Part shown: positions 1 through 11,469 of the stretch, piece after piece
How the letters are laid out: each line of letters opens with the position of its first letter
Numbering within the stretch: position 1 is the stretch's first letter
NCBI RefSeq assembly: GCF_963921235.1
Contig: NC_086105.1
Span: forward strand, 102,796,001-102,860,000
Reading direction: 5' to 3'
Source: Mobula hypostoma
Taxonomy: Eukaryota
DNA length: 64,000 nt
Notes under the pieces: model-generated
Told to the model about the DNA's origin: nothing
Seen by the model: the letters and a program-made list of their open reading frames with translations, nothing else
Database searches by the model: none
Made by a program: the position numbers and the translations under genes

Positions 1-610
1 AAACATGATACATTGAGTGGATATCATTTGTTTGGATTTTCAAAAAGTCTTTAACAAGGTCTGACACACAATGCTGCTACTCTGGATAAGAGATAAAGTA
101 CAAGTATAGATAGAAATGTGGTTGATTACCTTAGAAGTCAAAGATTGGGGATAAGATGGTGCTTTTCACAATGGCTGCTCGTAACTTTTGGAATTCCACA
201 AGGGTCAGTGTTAGATTTCCAGCATTTCATCTTATACAATAATGATCTGGATGAAGAAAATTATGATGTTATGGCTACATTTGATAAGTAGAAGAACAGG
301 CAATATCCCAGAGGCAGGAAGCCTGCAAAATGACCTGGAGAGGTTGGGAGGTTGGGCAAAGAATAAGCAGATGGAATGTAGAATAGGAAGTGTGGGGTTA
401 TACACATTGGTAGGAAGAACAAAAGACTATTTTGTAAATGAGGAGAAAATTCAGAAAGCAGAGGTGTAAAGTTACTTGCGATTCCGAATCCTGAATTCCC
501 TCAAGGTTAATTTACAGGTTGAGTCAATAGAAAACAAGACAAGTGCAATATTAACATTCATTTTGGGAGGATTAGTATATAAAAACAGATACGTAATGCT
601 GAGGCTTTAT
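1..610 (+). mobile_element. Degraded CR1-type LINE RT fragment (continues at about 1550-1865); paralogue at 39928-40540
   Basis: Decayed DFQKAFDKV and GIPQGSVL motifs and SLQNDLERLGGWAK. Confidence 0.7.
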
Positions 611-728
611 AGTCATGCAGAATGATGCAAGAACATCAGGCACATATATGTATATAGCTAGGGTGTCAAAGGACTGTATTTCTCAATAAGGAGCAGAGAG
701 CAAGTTTGTGGATCTCGAGGGACTAATA

Positions 729-1551
729 TCAGAATTAGAATCAGGTTTATTATCACCGGCATGGGAAGTGAAATTTGTTAACTCGGCAGCAGCAGTTCAA
801 TGCAATACATAATCTAGCGGGGGAAAAAAGAATAATAATAAATAAAATTTTAAAAAATAAACAAGTAAACAATTACGTATATTAAATTCATTTTTAAAAA
901 ACATGCAAGAACAGAAATACTGTGTATTTTTTTAAAAAGTGAGGTAGTGTCCAAAGATTCAATGTCCATTTAGGAATCGGATGGCAGAGGGGAAAAAGCT
1001 GTTCCTGAATTGCTGAGTGTGTGCCTTCAGGCTTCTGTACCTCCTACCTGATGGTTACAGTGAGAAAAGGGCATGCCCTGGGTACTGGAGGTCCTTAATA
1101 ATGGACACTACCTTTCTGAGACACCGCTCCCTCAAGATGTCCTGGGTACTTTGTAGGCTAGTACCCAAGATGGAGCTGACTAGATTTACAACCATCTGCA
1201 GCTTCTTTTGGTCCTGTACAGTAGCCCCTCCATACCAGACAATGATGTAGCCAGTCAGAATGCTCTCCACGGTACAACTGTAGAAGCTTTTGAGTGTATT
1301 TGTTGACATGCCAAATCTCTTCAAACTCCTAATAAAGTATAGCCACTGTCTTGCCTTCTTCATAACTACATCAATATGTTGGGACCAGGTTAGATCCTTA
1401 GAGATCTTGACACCCAGGAACTAGAAACAGCTCACTCTCTCCACTTCTGATCCCTCTATGAGGATTGGTATGTGTTCCTTTGTCTTACCCTTCCTGAAGT
1501 TCACAATCAAGTCTTTCATCTTACTGACGTTGAATGACTGGTTGTTGCTGC
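729..1551 (-). mobile_element. Rex1/Babar-like LINE 3' fragment
   Basis: ORF 1055-1363 KKARQWLYFIRSLKRFGMS...FYSCTVESILTG is typical of the C-terminus of this clade; short (ATTCTR)n tail at about 730-745. Confidence 0.75.
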
Positions 1552-3181
1552 AATTTTGGGTCCTTTCTCCAAGGAAGGGTGTAGTAGATTGGAAGGGATC
1601 CAGAAACTCACAAGAAAGGTCATAGGAATAAATGGCTTGACATTTGAGAAGTGTTAGATGTCTCTGCGCTTGTACTCAATGGTGTTCAGACTAATAAGGA
1701 GCTATCTCAATGAAAACTATCAGAGACTGAAAGGCCTGGACAGAGTGGATGTGGAGAGAATGTTTCCATTAGGAGGAGATAATTGGATCCAAGGGCATGC
1801 CTTCAGAATTTAGGCTTGTCCCTTTAAAAGCGCTGAGGAGGAATTTCTTCAACCAAAGGGTAAAAAGAGGACATGGGATATCCTTGGCAGATAAAGTGGA
1901 GATGATTCTTCACCGTTTCTGTGCATATTAATGGAAAAAAAGGGAAAAGGTAGTGAGTATTTCCCCTTTAGGATCAGTGTGGCAAAGTATGTCGGGGTTA
2001 CAAATGAAGGGTAAAGTTATAAATGTGTATTCTCATCTATATTTACTGTGGCAAAAGATATGAAACCGGGTAAGTTTATGGAAATTTTCAATGATATTCT
2101 GAAGCATTTTGACGTACAAAAGAGGAGGCAATTGCAGATGAAACTCAAAATAGTCTATATATCCCCAAGATACTTATATCAAGCTGCTCTGGTCACAGAA
2201 AGATAATTTGCATCTTAGAGTGGACTTCCAGCAATTGCATTGCAGGAAATTTTGGAGTTACTTAAACCAATTGAATGGTCCATTTCGGTGTTCCAGATAG
2301 GAAAAATGAATTCCTCTATTCATAATGAGTTTGAAAAAGACAATAATGATGATTATATCCCTTTTAAAATTGGATGTTGAATTTTTATAACTATGTGATT
2401 GAATATATTAATATAAAAACATAACAAAATACTTTTTCAGGATAAAGTTTTAAGGAGAGCCTGAATTACTTTTCACATTTTCCCTGGACTGTAGGAGACT
2501 GAGGGGTGAGCTGACAAGGGTTGTTTAAGATCATGAGGGCATAAATGGATGATCATAGTCTTTATCCAAGTGTAGGGGAGTCTAAAACTGAACAATGTGG
2601 TTATCTGGTGAAAGGGAAAAGATTTAAAAGACATCTGGCAGAAAAACTTATTCTCACAGAGTGGTGGGTGTATGAAATATGGTGGGAGAACAGGCTGTAG
2701 AAACAGGAACAAAGTGAGGAGATGGGACTAGGTCAGACAGACATTGGTAGGCATGGATGAGCTGGGCTGAATGGCCTGTTTCCATATTGTACAACTCTAC
2801 AACTATATTTATCTATATTTTACGTGTAAAGCTTGCTTTATACAGTAAGTCATGATATGTTGCTGAATGTATAAACGCGATTCAGAGAGATTTCGATCTC
2901 CTATTTCAGTTATTTGCTTCTCAGAAATCTCTGCTGTGAACTTGATTCATTTACAATGGGGCAATAAGTAATTGCCATACAAACAGACAATTGTTGGCTC
3001 AATGTTTTTATGTCCAAGTTCTTTCTCCACTTTATTGTTATCAAGTAATAGAGGTAAACACACCCTGCAGTATTGTTTGTTTTCTTGCTAATAGACAAAT
3101 TGACAGGTATTTTTTTCTGAAATTAAGTATATTTAATACATTCAGCCAAAGCAAATGATAAAGTATTGATTGAAGTGAAAT

Positions 3182-3187
3182 TTTATT
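3182..3187 (-). terminator. polyA signal of alpha copy 1
   Basis: AATAAA on the minus strand about 100 bp after the stop codon; conserved in copy 2 at 46585-46590. Confidence 0.7.
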
Positions 3188-3283
3188 TAACTCAGTTTTT
3201 CAATTATGACAATTAATCAAAGACAAACTGTGGAATTAAATGATGATCTTGCGGTCGTTCACCATAATTTGTTGGTTGTGTCT

Positions 3284-4236
3284 TTAGCGGTACTTGGAGC
3301 TCAATTCATGTGCGAGCAACTCAAGGAACTTGTCGACAGCACAGTGGGTTGCTGGGGAGAATGCAGGCAAGTGAATGGCCAGAGTGACCGTGATACAATC
3401 AGCCAACAGCTGTAAAAGTGAAAAATAAATAACATAAGGCAGTGTTAATATCGTCAATGGATGATTTTACCCATTGAACAAGAATTGCTTCTTTGTACTT
3501 TGACTGCTTTCCTATGTATCGTGTAGCAGGAAAAAGTTTTCCCAGCTAAACTGAACAAGACTACACTTCAAGACCACTGAAATTTCAACTAAATAAAGTT
3601 GAAAGTTCAGGATTGCTGATCTAATTACAATAACATAGTTTGTGTCATGACAATGAGAAAGAATCTGTAAAATTGTTACATACGTGAAAGTTATGAGGAT
3701 CCACAAGAAGTTCTTCACCATGTCTCTTGGCAAGCTTTTCCAGGTGTTTACTCAGGTTGTCCACGTTATGGGCTGCATCTGCCACAGCTTCCATGACAAT
3801 GCGACCATGTCTTCTGACAGGCTGGTCAGAGGCTTTGTAGCCATTGAATTTTGGGAAGTATGTCTTAGCTTGAGGGTGGATCTCAAACAACCTTCACAAA
3901 CACGGAAAATGAAAACAGAAATTATTTGCAGACACAATATACACTACATCTCACAGGATTAAATTCTGTTATTCTTCAGACCAGCAATCATGTTATTTTG
4001 GAAAAACTTCAATTCTATGCAGAGGATGTCTTTGTAGATTTATTAGTGGTCTCACTGTTCAAGAGAAATGCAAAGAAATGTTAACAATTACAAATAATAG
4101 CTGAAAATGCATTAATTATACTATGAACCTAAGAAAATTACCTGGCTAAAGCTTCCGCACCCCAAGCTTCAGCATTTGCCTTGATGTGGTTGCCCAGTTC
4201 CTCTATAACCTGTTTGTTGGGGCCAGAGAGTACCAT
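3284..4236 (-). CDS. hba: Haemoglobin alpha chain, copy 1; 3 exons: 4142-4236, 3684-3891, 3284-3409; 142 aa
   Basis: Spliced translation: MVLSGPNKQVIEELGNHIKANAEAWGAEALAR|LFEIHPQAKTYFPKFNGYKASDQPVRRHGRIVMEAVADAAHNVDNLSKHLEKLAKRHGEELLVDPHNFH|LLADCITVTLAIHLPAFSPATHCAVDKFLELLAHELSSKYR*. Both introns are GT..AG at the canonical globin positions (phase 2, phase 0). Distal His (RRHG), proximal His (KRHG) and C-terminal KYR are present. Confidence 0.97.
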
Positions 4237-4299
4237 TGTTGCAGAGTTTTCACTTTTTCAGATCTCTCATTAACCAGAAGATGCCTCTGGCTTGATGTG

Positions 4300-4550
4300 T
4301 CCGTATTTATTGTAATTCACACTGATCTACAAACTCTCCACCCCACTTTTCCCATTGGTTGTGGGTCCTGATTCATGGTCTACGTAATCTAATGATAAGA
4401 GACAATAGTGAACAGAGAACCAGTTGTCTGTTTCACAGACAACTGTTAGCAAAGATATCCTGTTCCAGTAAAGCTAAACACTACCTGCACACGTTTCACT
4501 TGACGCACAATTGTAAAGGTTTAGTTTATTGCCATGTAAGTTATCAGTAA
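4300..4550 (-). promoter_or_regulatory. Alpha-globin copy 1 proximal promoter
   Basis: ATAAATA TATA-like box at 4304-4310 (about 70 bp upstream of ATG); CCACCCC at 4338-4344; CCAAT at 4354-4358 (minus strand); GATA sites TGATAA 4393-4398 and TTATCA 4541-4546. All are conserved in copy 2. Confidence 0.75.
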
Positions 4551-5199
4551 ATGAACATTAATATTCATCAATCAATGTGCATTTCCAAACTAATTCTGAT
4601 ATAATAAGTTTAATTCATTTTGTTGTTACTTTGGGCTGTATCGCCTATTGAAATTCATCCTGCTCACCCTCGGTCTTTTTATTTCACAACTGTTTAACCT
4701 CAGTGTGCGGGGAGACATGGTTTTCCAATATTCACAAAACACCTGCTGTGTACACTGCACAGAAATGACTGGACAGAATGAATTTTGATAATGTAGCCAC
4801 ATTGCACCAGGAAGTGTGTAGGTCTAAAATCACGTAAATGAAGAGTATTAACATGCAGCTGAAGGATTTATTTGTGCACAGGTGATGGAAGGTGTAGGGT
4901 GTCAGGACGACCAGGGCAACTTTGGAAAATTGGTCTGGAATTTCATAGACATGGGTGATCTGAGCTGATGTTACAGGGACATTTAGAGAAGAAAAGTCAG
5001 CCACAAGCTCAGCTCAGTAGAAGGTTACAGGCCTGACCAAACAGAGACTGATGAAGTCGGTGGTCTGATATTAGAGTTAAGCAGGCATAGTCAATGTTTT
5101 TGTTCTTCACAAATCTTAGATAGCGCAAAATTCCACTCCATCATTGCCAGACATCAAGTAACCGGCGTGACTGAGCAGAAGCATTAGAAGAGTCAGTGG

Positions 5200-6290
5200 A
5201 GTTGCAAAAAATCAGCATTAAGGAGTTGGAGCTCGAACTGCATGAACTCCAGATCATTTGGGATGCTGAAGGAGTGATAGACAGGACATAAAGAGAAATA
5301 GTTACACCCAAAGTTCAGGACACAGGAAACTGAGGGACAGTCAGGAAGGGGAACGAGGTTACGGAGTCAGTGTCGAGTACTCTGTGGCCATCCCCCTCAA
5401 CGATCGCTTTGGATATTCTTGGGGGTGGGGGTTGACCTAACAGAAGAAAGTCACAGTGGTCGGGTCTCTAGCACTGAGTCCAGAGGCACTGAGGAATGGA
5501 TAGGAAGTTCTGTGGGTAAGAACAAGATTCTTGGATGGTATGTTGCCTCCCAGGTGCCAGGGCCCGGTATATCACAGACTGAGTCCTCTGCATACTTAAG
5601 TGGGAGGGTGAACTTAACTGGTTGTGGTCCATGTAGCCACCAATGACATGGGTAGAACGTGTAATGAGGTTCAGCATAGCAAGCACAGGGAGTTAGGTGT
5701 TAAGTTAAAAGGCAGGACCTCTAGGGTTGTGATCTCAGGACTGCTACCCATGCCGCATGTTCGTGAGGCCAGAACTGGGGAGATTATACAGTTTAAAACA
5801 TGGCTACAGAGTTGGTGCAGGAGGGAGGGCATAAGATTTTTGGAACATTGGACTCTCTTTCAGGGAAGATGGGACCTGTACAGAAGGGATAGTTTGCGCC
5901 TCAACTGGAGGGAGACTAATGTTCCAGCAGGAAAGTTTGTTAATGTGGAGTTTAAACTGGAGTTGCAGGGGGTTGGGAACCAGAGCGACAGAACAGTTAG
6001 CGGAGAGATCGTGGAGGCAGATGTCGGTAAGATCTCAGACAAAGTATGTCAGCATGGTGCGACAAGTGTCTCGAGCTGTGTATTGTTTAATGCAAGAAGT
6101 ATCATAGGAAAGTCAGATGATTGTGCAGGAGATGAGGTAGATGGTTTACAAAGAGAGGCACTATGTAGTGAGGAGAGGCAAAATTGCAGTGAACAGCATG
6201 AGTTGCAATGTAAAAGGTGGACAAAATCGAAAACGTTGAATACAGGACTGAAGGTGTTATAATTGAATATGCTCTGTATACAGAATAAGG
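5200..6290 (+). mobile_element. CR1 LINE ORF1 (SGNH/GDSL esterase-like) remnant; paralogue at about 48590-49700
   Basis: ORF 5624-6262 VHVATND...RVVISGLLP...WLQSWCRREGIRFLEHW...WDLYRRD, homologous to 42811-43263. Confidence 0.8.
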
Positions 6291-6295
6291 TAGAT

Positions 6296-7970
6296 CAGTG
6301 TTTCCCACCCTTTTTTAGCCAAACGTCCCCCCTAAAGCACCTTCATAATTGTCAACACCCCTCTTAAGCAAAATATACTTTCTGATGCCCCTGTAGTGTA
6401 AGAACATGTCTACCATGTGCTAACATGAGGAAAATGATTCCACTTTAAATTTTTATTTATCTTTATAGCCCGCTTACACATTACCTGTGCACTGTACAGC
6501 AGCTTCAATATTCATGTGATCCTTGAGCTTGATGGTTTTTAGTAAGATTTGAAACAACTGGTTCAAGTTGTGACAGCAAAAGCCTTAAGTCCCCATGTGT
6601 AACAATGTCCAAGTGCTTTCTGTTTTTTGTGAGTATGTGGTTCACTGCCCTGAAGCCTCTTTCAACAAGGTAAGAGGATGGAAATCCAAGGAAGAGCAGT
6701 TTGGCTCTTCTCCAAAGACCAGGAAATTTTGTATGACTGTGTAGCTACTTACCACAAAAGCTGATATTTTTGAAAAGCATTTTTGTCTCTTCATCATTCT
6801 GAATTTCTATAATTTCTTCTTGCAAGCTCTCTTCCTGTTCTTCCATCTTGCAAAAGAATGGGTTAATTACTCAATCAGGAAATTCCAGATTGTTCAAATC
6901 CTTGAATCCACTCTGAAAATCCTTCTTCAGTGATTGAAGTCGTAAGCAATACTCTTGTAAAGAGGAGGAGGCGGAGAAGATGGCGGCACGACTCAGCATG
7001 CGCAACCACTCTGGTGAATGATATCTGTAATCTGTCAAGTAGGGTGCCATGTACAATCCTGATTTGATGGAAACAGATGTGAGAGAACAGAGGAACATCT
7101 GGAGAAACTTCTGAAATGCCTGCTTTGCTGCCGCTGTTACTGTGTGATCCAGAATCTCCGGAGGGGAAGGCCCCGAGTCCCCGGCTTTGCTTGTTGCTCG
7201 GCGGCCGGGACTGGGTCGAAGCACTCGGCAGAGATGGTGCTCGGTGCTTGGTGTCGAAGGGCTGGTCAGAGGCTCAAAGTTTTTGGACGGACTCAGAGTC
7301 GGCTGTGGTCGGGTGCTTCCAATGCATCGACAGTTGTCAGTGCCTGGAGGTTTACGGCAGAGAGAGTTTATCCCTTCTGCCACCTGCTATCAGGGACTAT
7401 CGAGAGTCGGTCGGAACTGAGACTTATTTTTTACCCTTCTCATGGTCTTCTCTTTATCAAATTATGGTATTGCTTTGCAGTGCTGTAACTATATGTTATA
7501 ATTATGTGGTCTTGTCAGTGTTAGTCTTTGGTTTTTCTTGTTTTTTGGTGATATCACTCTGGAGGAACTTTGTATCATTTCTTAATGCATGCATGCATTT
7601 CTGAATGACAATAAATGAGGACTGAGTGTCCTCATAGTCTAATCTAAATCACAGTCTGGGAAAGAGAGTGCCGTACTTCCTCTGCTGAGAAACTGTGAGA
7701 ACTTCTCCCAATGTTTTGCTTATATATTTCCAATTTTTCAATACAAGTAGACACAGCACTTTTTGCCTGGATTAAGTTGAAATTCTCACCCTACAGTTTC
7801 ATATTCAGAATGTTAATTTCATCATACAGATTGGCTAGTTATGCCACATCTCCATGTGGAAGATCGATCTCGTGTCTCAAGTTAGGGTTCCGCTTACCGC
7901 CTCCCCAAGAATCTTGAATGTCTCCCAGTGATTTCTATTTCCTCTAACACCCCCTTAGAACACGTAACTG
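6296..7970 (-). mobile_element. hAT (Charlie/Buster-like) DNA transposon remnant, interrupted by an insertion at 6962-7648
   Basis: Terminus CAGTGTTTCCCA at 6296. The paralogous ORF 49918-50253 encodes the hAT C-terminal motif FPSSYLVERGFSAV...GDLR. Confidence 0.75.
6962..7648 (+). mobile_element. ~690-bp non-autonomous retroposon, copy A only
   Basis: Absent at the paralogous site (50365 gtaaattacc). TAAA direct repeat at both ends; 5' GGAGAAGATGGCGG; 3' AATAAA, hairpin and TCTAA tail. Confidence 0.8.
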
Positions 7971-9599
7971 CCTATGCTGAGTTAATTAAGATAATCATGC
8001 CTCATTAAACTAATCACTTCTGCCTTCACATTGTCGATATTTCTCCTATTCTGCAGTTTATCCCAAAATAACTCTACCAAGGGAAAGTGAAACATTGTAT
8101 CTGCTGAAAGACTGAAATAGGAAAAAGAGCATTAGAGGTTCTCAACAGGCCAGGCAGCACTTGAGGAGAGTGAAACATATCAGTGACTTTCATTAAAACA
8201 GGAAAAGTGTGAAAATAAGCTTCAATTTTCAGTCTGAGGAGAGAACGAAGGGAGTATCTTAGCTAGGGTAGAGACGATTCCTCCCCAGTATTCACAAATA
8301 ATGAGCTTCTAGGATGAATATAGGTAGGAAGAGGAATGAAGAAAATAGAGAGACAAATAAAGTGGTGGAACACTGAGATGTAGGGAACTCCAGTTGATGG
8401 AAAACTGAAATTAAAGAGAATTTTTGGAAATACTTGGAAGATCAGGGTGATCCACGGAGAGAGAAAACCTGAGTGAATGTCATCAAGCATCAAACTGAGC
8501 AGTTCTAACAGAAACAAGGAAGGCTAGTTATCAGAATCTCTTGTATCTTGGAACTACAAGTTGTCTGCAGGGAAGATGAGGGATTGTTTCTTGAGCTTCT
8601 TTTGGGTTTGGTGAAGCTGTATTCGTGGCCCCAGAATGAGAAATCATAGTGGGAGTGAGATGAAGAAATAAAATGAAAGGCAACTTAAAGGTCAGGGTCA
8701 CCCATTAGGATTGAATAGTGATAGTCTGCAAAATTATCATCGATCTGCAATTGGTTTCTCCAGTGTAGAAGAGACCGTGTTGTAAACACTGAATGCAGCA
8801 CACTGGATTGGAAGATTGGGAAAAGAAATTAAAGTTCAAGTTCACGCAGGGCATAAAAGCCATGAAAATTACTCTTGTGTAGCATGACAGCGGTACATAG
8901 GAGGACAAAGACAAACTGCAGTTAATATAAACTTAAATTTACATAAATTATACTTAATTTCAATGTGAAAAATAAACAATATTAGTGCAAGATTGAGAGA
9001 AAAAGAACAGTTCATTGTACCAATGTTACTTCTTTCCTAAACTCAAATATATAATTATAACAGTCCGTTTTGACTTTCTTTTCAAATATATATTGTACAA
9101 ATGTGCAATAATTAAGTGGGACTGAATTGTCAACTGCTCTGAATTTCTCGCAAATATTTCTGTTCACTTCACTGTAACTCATTTTTTATTCTGCTGCAGC
9201 AACGCAGAAATACAAAATTACACAACCCACTCTCTTTGTACAATTTTTTTAATATTGAAGCAACATCTATTATTTAACTTAGTGACGGATATAATTTTAT
9301 AATATTTAACTTCAAATGTTTTGTAAAACTACTTAATTAATGTATTGAGAAAGCTAGTTTTGTGATGAAAACCTAATGTAATGTGAAAGCTGATTTAGAT
9401 ACCTGATGTTATGAAAGCTTACAGTTATTTGGGTTCAGCTTGTTGAAACATTTGTAAAAGCTGCTTTGTATCATCAGAGTATGGAGATGGGGAGTATAGT
9501 CTATCTCAGGATGCCAGCTTTTTGGTGTGCCTGTATATCTGCAGGTTTGAAAAGTGTGGGACAAAGGATAATTACATTTTTTTTGTAAAGCAACCTTTT

Positions 9600-9830
9600 T
9601 CTAGATAAAGAACTAGGCTTAAGATCACATGCAACAACATTTTCTCCATATCGGGCTACCTTCTAATATTTGGTGCAACGATACAGCGAGTTGCCGCTGA
9701 ACATTTGTTGATGAGTCATTGGAACTTTATCAGCTTTGAAGTGATGAATATACACAATAGACCATTTCCAGAACACCCAAGTGCACGAGTCTTGCAAATG
9801 CATGATTGGGTACATCTCAGTTATCAACCA
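9600..9830. promoter_or_regulatory. Candidate erythroid enhancer (AP-1/NF-E2-like, GATA and CACCC cluster)
   Basis: GATGAGTCAT 9710-9719; GATA sites AGATAA 9603-9608, TTATCA 9727-9732 and 9821-9826; CACCC 9774-9778. No transposon similarity seen here, and 9680-9826 is identical in copy B. Confidence 0.4.
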
Positions 9831-11469
9831 GGTTCACATTAGTCCGGCCTTGAGCCAGTTGAGAACCATGTTTCTACATTTGCAAACCTATGTTAACAGC
9901 AGACTTTAATGATAAAACTGGGGAAATTTTATTGTGCATATTTGTTACCAATATATATTTAGTTTAGATTGAGGCCCTCTATGGAGAATAAAGCAAATGT
10001 AATTGAATTTGATGCTTGATTATTTCTTGATGTTGTAGGTTATTTAGTCTCCCATGTTTCCTCATCTGGACAGTTCAGAGATCCAAAGCACAGAGAAGAA
10101 CAATGCTATGGTTATGGTTGGTGGTGGGCAGGATGATGTTAATGATGGGAAGAGCATAATTAAGCAGAAATGGTTTGGTTGTTCTCATATTTACAGAGCA
10201 TGAACGACGGAGAGCTAGAAGACATGCATCAAATCTCCAGGTAAATACAATGCGGAAGATGGACTTGGCAGCTGACAGACTGTGGCTGAGATTGGGTTGG
10301 TTGGATGGTCACCAGATGGATGAGAACGTGATCTCAAGACTAAATCTGACACCAAGGGTGAAAAGTTTGAGACTGTTGCCAGTGGAAGAAATGGAATGAA
10401 ACACTGGAAAAGGCCAAAGGAATATCTTCAGTCTCAATGATTCAACTTGTCAGGATGTGTTATCTTTATTTTACTAAATGTCCAAAAATGTGGATTTCAC
10501 CCAGAATTACACAGTGAGCAAAAAAAAAGTTCCATCTTTAGTAACAGGATCAATTAACAAATTGTTCTTCTGATAGTTTAGTAGCCTTAAATTCACTGAT
10601 AATTCAGGGGTGACAGGATTGCTTTGCCTTGAATATATAATCCCATTGATTAATCTGCAGCCCCAGCAGAGCTAATTTTATGTACTGCTGGTATAAAAAT
10701 CAATAAAAACCAAAACAAATGCCGAAGGGAGAATGACTAAGTCATCTGTCAGAAATATGAAAAACAATAAAAATCAAATTGTACCAAACCTACCAATTGA
10801 AGGAAATTTCTACTCATTTGATAGTAGAAATTAGACAGGACATCTTATAACTGAGAGGCAAAGGAGGATTCCTGAGAAATGGCAGTGAAGTGTGGGGTCA
10901 GTGCTGCTGTGGAAACTGACAGTGTGTTTTAGAAAAAGCTGAATGTTGGGTTATCCAGTGAGTGTGTTTGGCAGGAGTTCCCTCTACCAGCTGATAGGAG
11001 GCAATAGAGTATATAAAGGCTTCAGACAAAGTTAGACTTTCTTTGTATATGATCTTTGACCTAACTCTCTGTCACCTGTTGTAGGATAGGTAGTACTAAC
11101 TTGTAGAAGATATTTCCATGAATTGACATTCCTTCTGACCTTCCGCATTCTAATGAGGTGGAGTGTTCTGTCCTCGGCAAGACTTTAACTTTATCCTCCT
11201 CCTCCCACACCTCAGTCTGTTCCATAGTGGCCACAATGCCGAGCTCTTCTTCTGTTGTCTCTGTCTCCAAGACCACTTCTTTGGCAAGAATTCCACGGGC
11301 TACTGCAAAGGATCAAAATAAGCTCCAGAGAGTTGTAAACTTAGTCAGCTCCATTATGGGCACTGCCCTCCCCCCTCCCCCCCCGCCCCCCGTAGTATCC
11401 AGGACATCTTCAAGGAGGATGCCTCACCAAGGTGGCATCCATCATTTAGGACCCCATCACCCAGGTCAT

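Noticed and set aside
3645-3890. Single-exon globin ORFs from the ORF track (also 33739-34059 and 47024-47293)
   Set aside because: These are exon 2 read through into introns; replaced by spliced models.
6871-7604. Overlapping 114-170 aa ORFs on both strands
   Set aside because: They lie in a GC-rich non-coding retroposon and are not conserved in the relative at 60429-61052.
9609-9842. 78-codon stop-free frame overlapping the candidate enhancer
   Set aside because: All four differences from copy B are non-synonymous, and there is no recognisable protein or convincing splice context.
10985-11020. GATA, CAAT and TATATAAA promoter-like cluster on the + strand (both copies)
   Set aside because: The CAAT-TATA spacing is not globin-like and no exon follows; downstream is a Penelope fragment.
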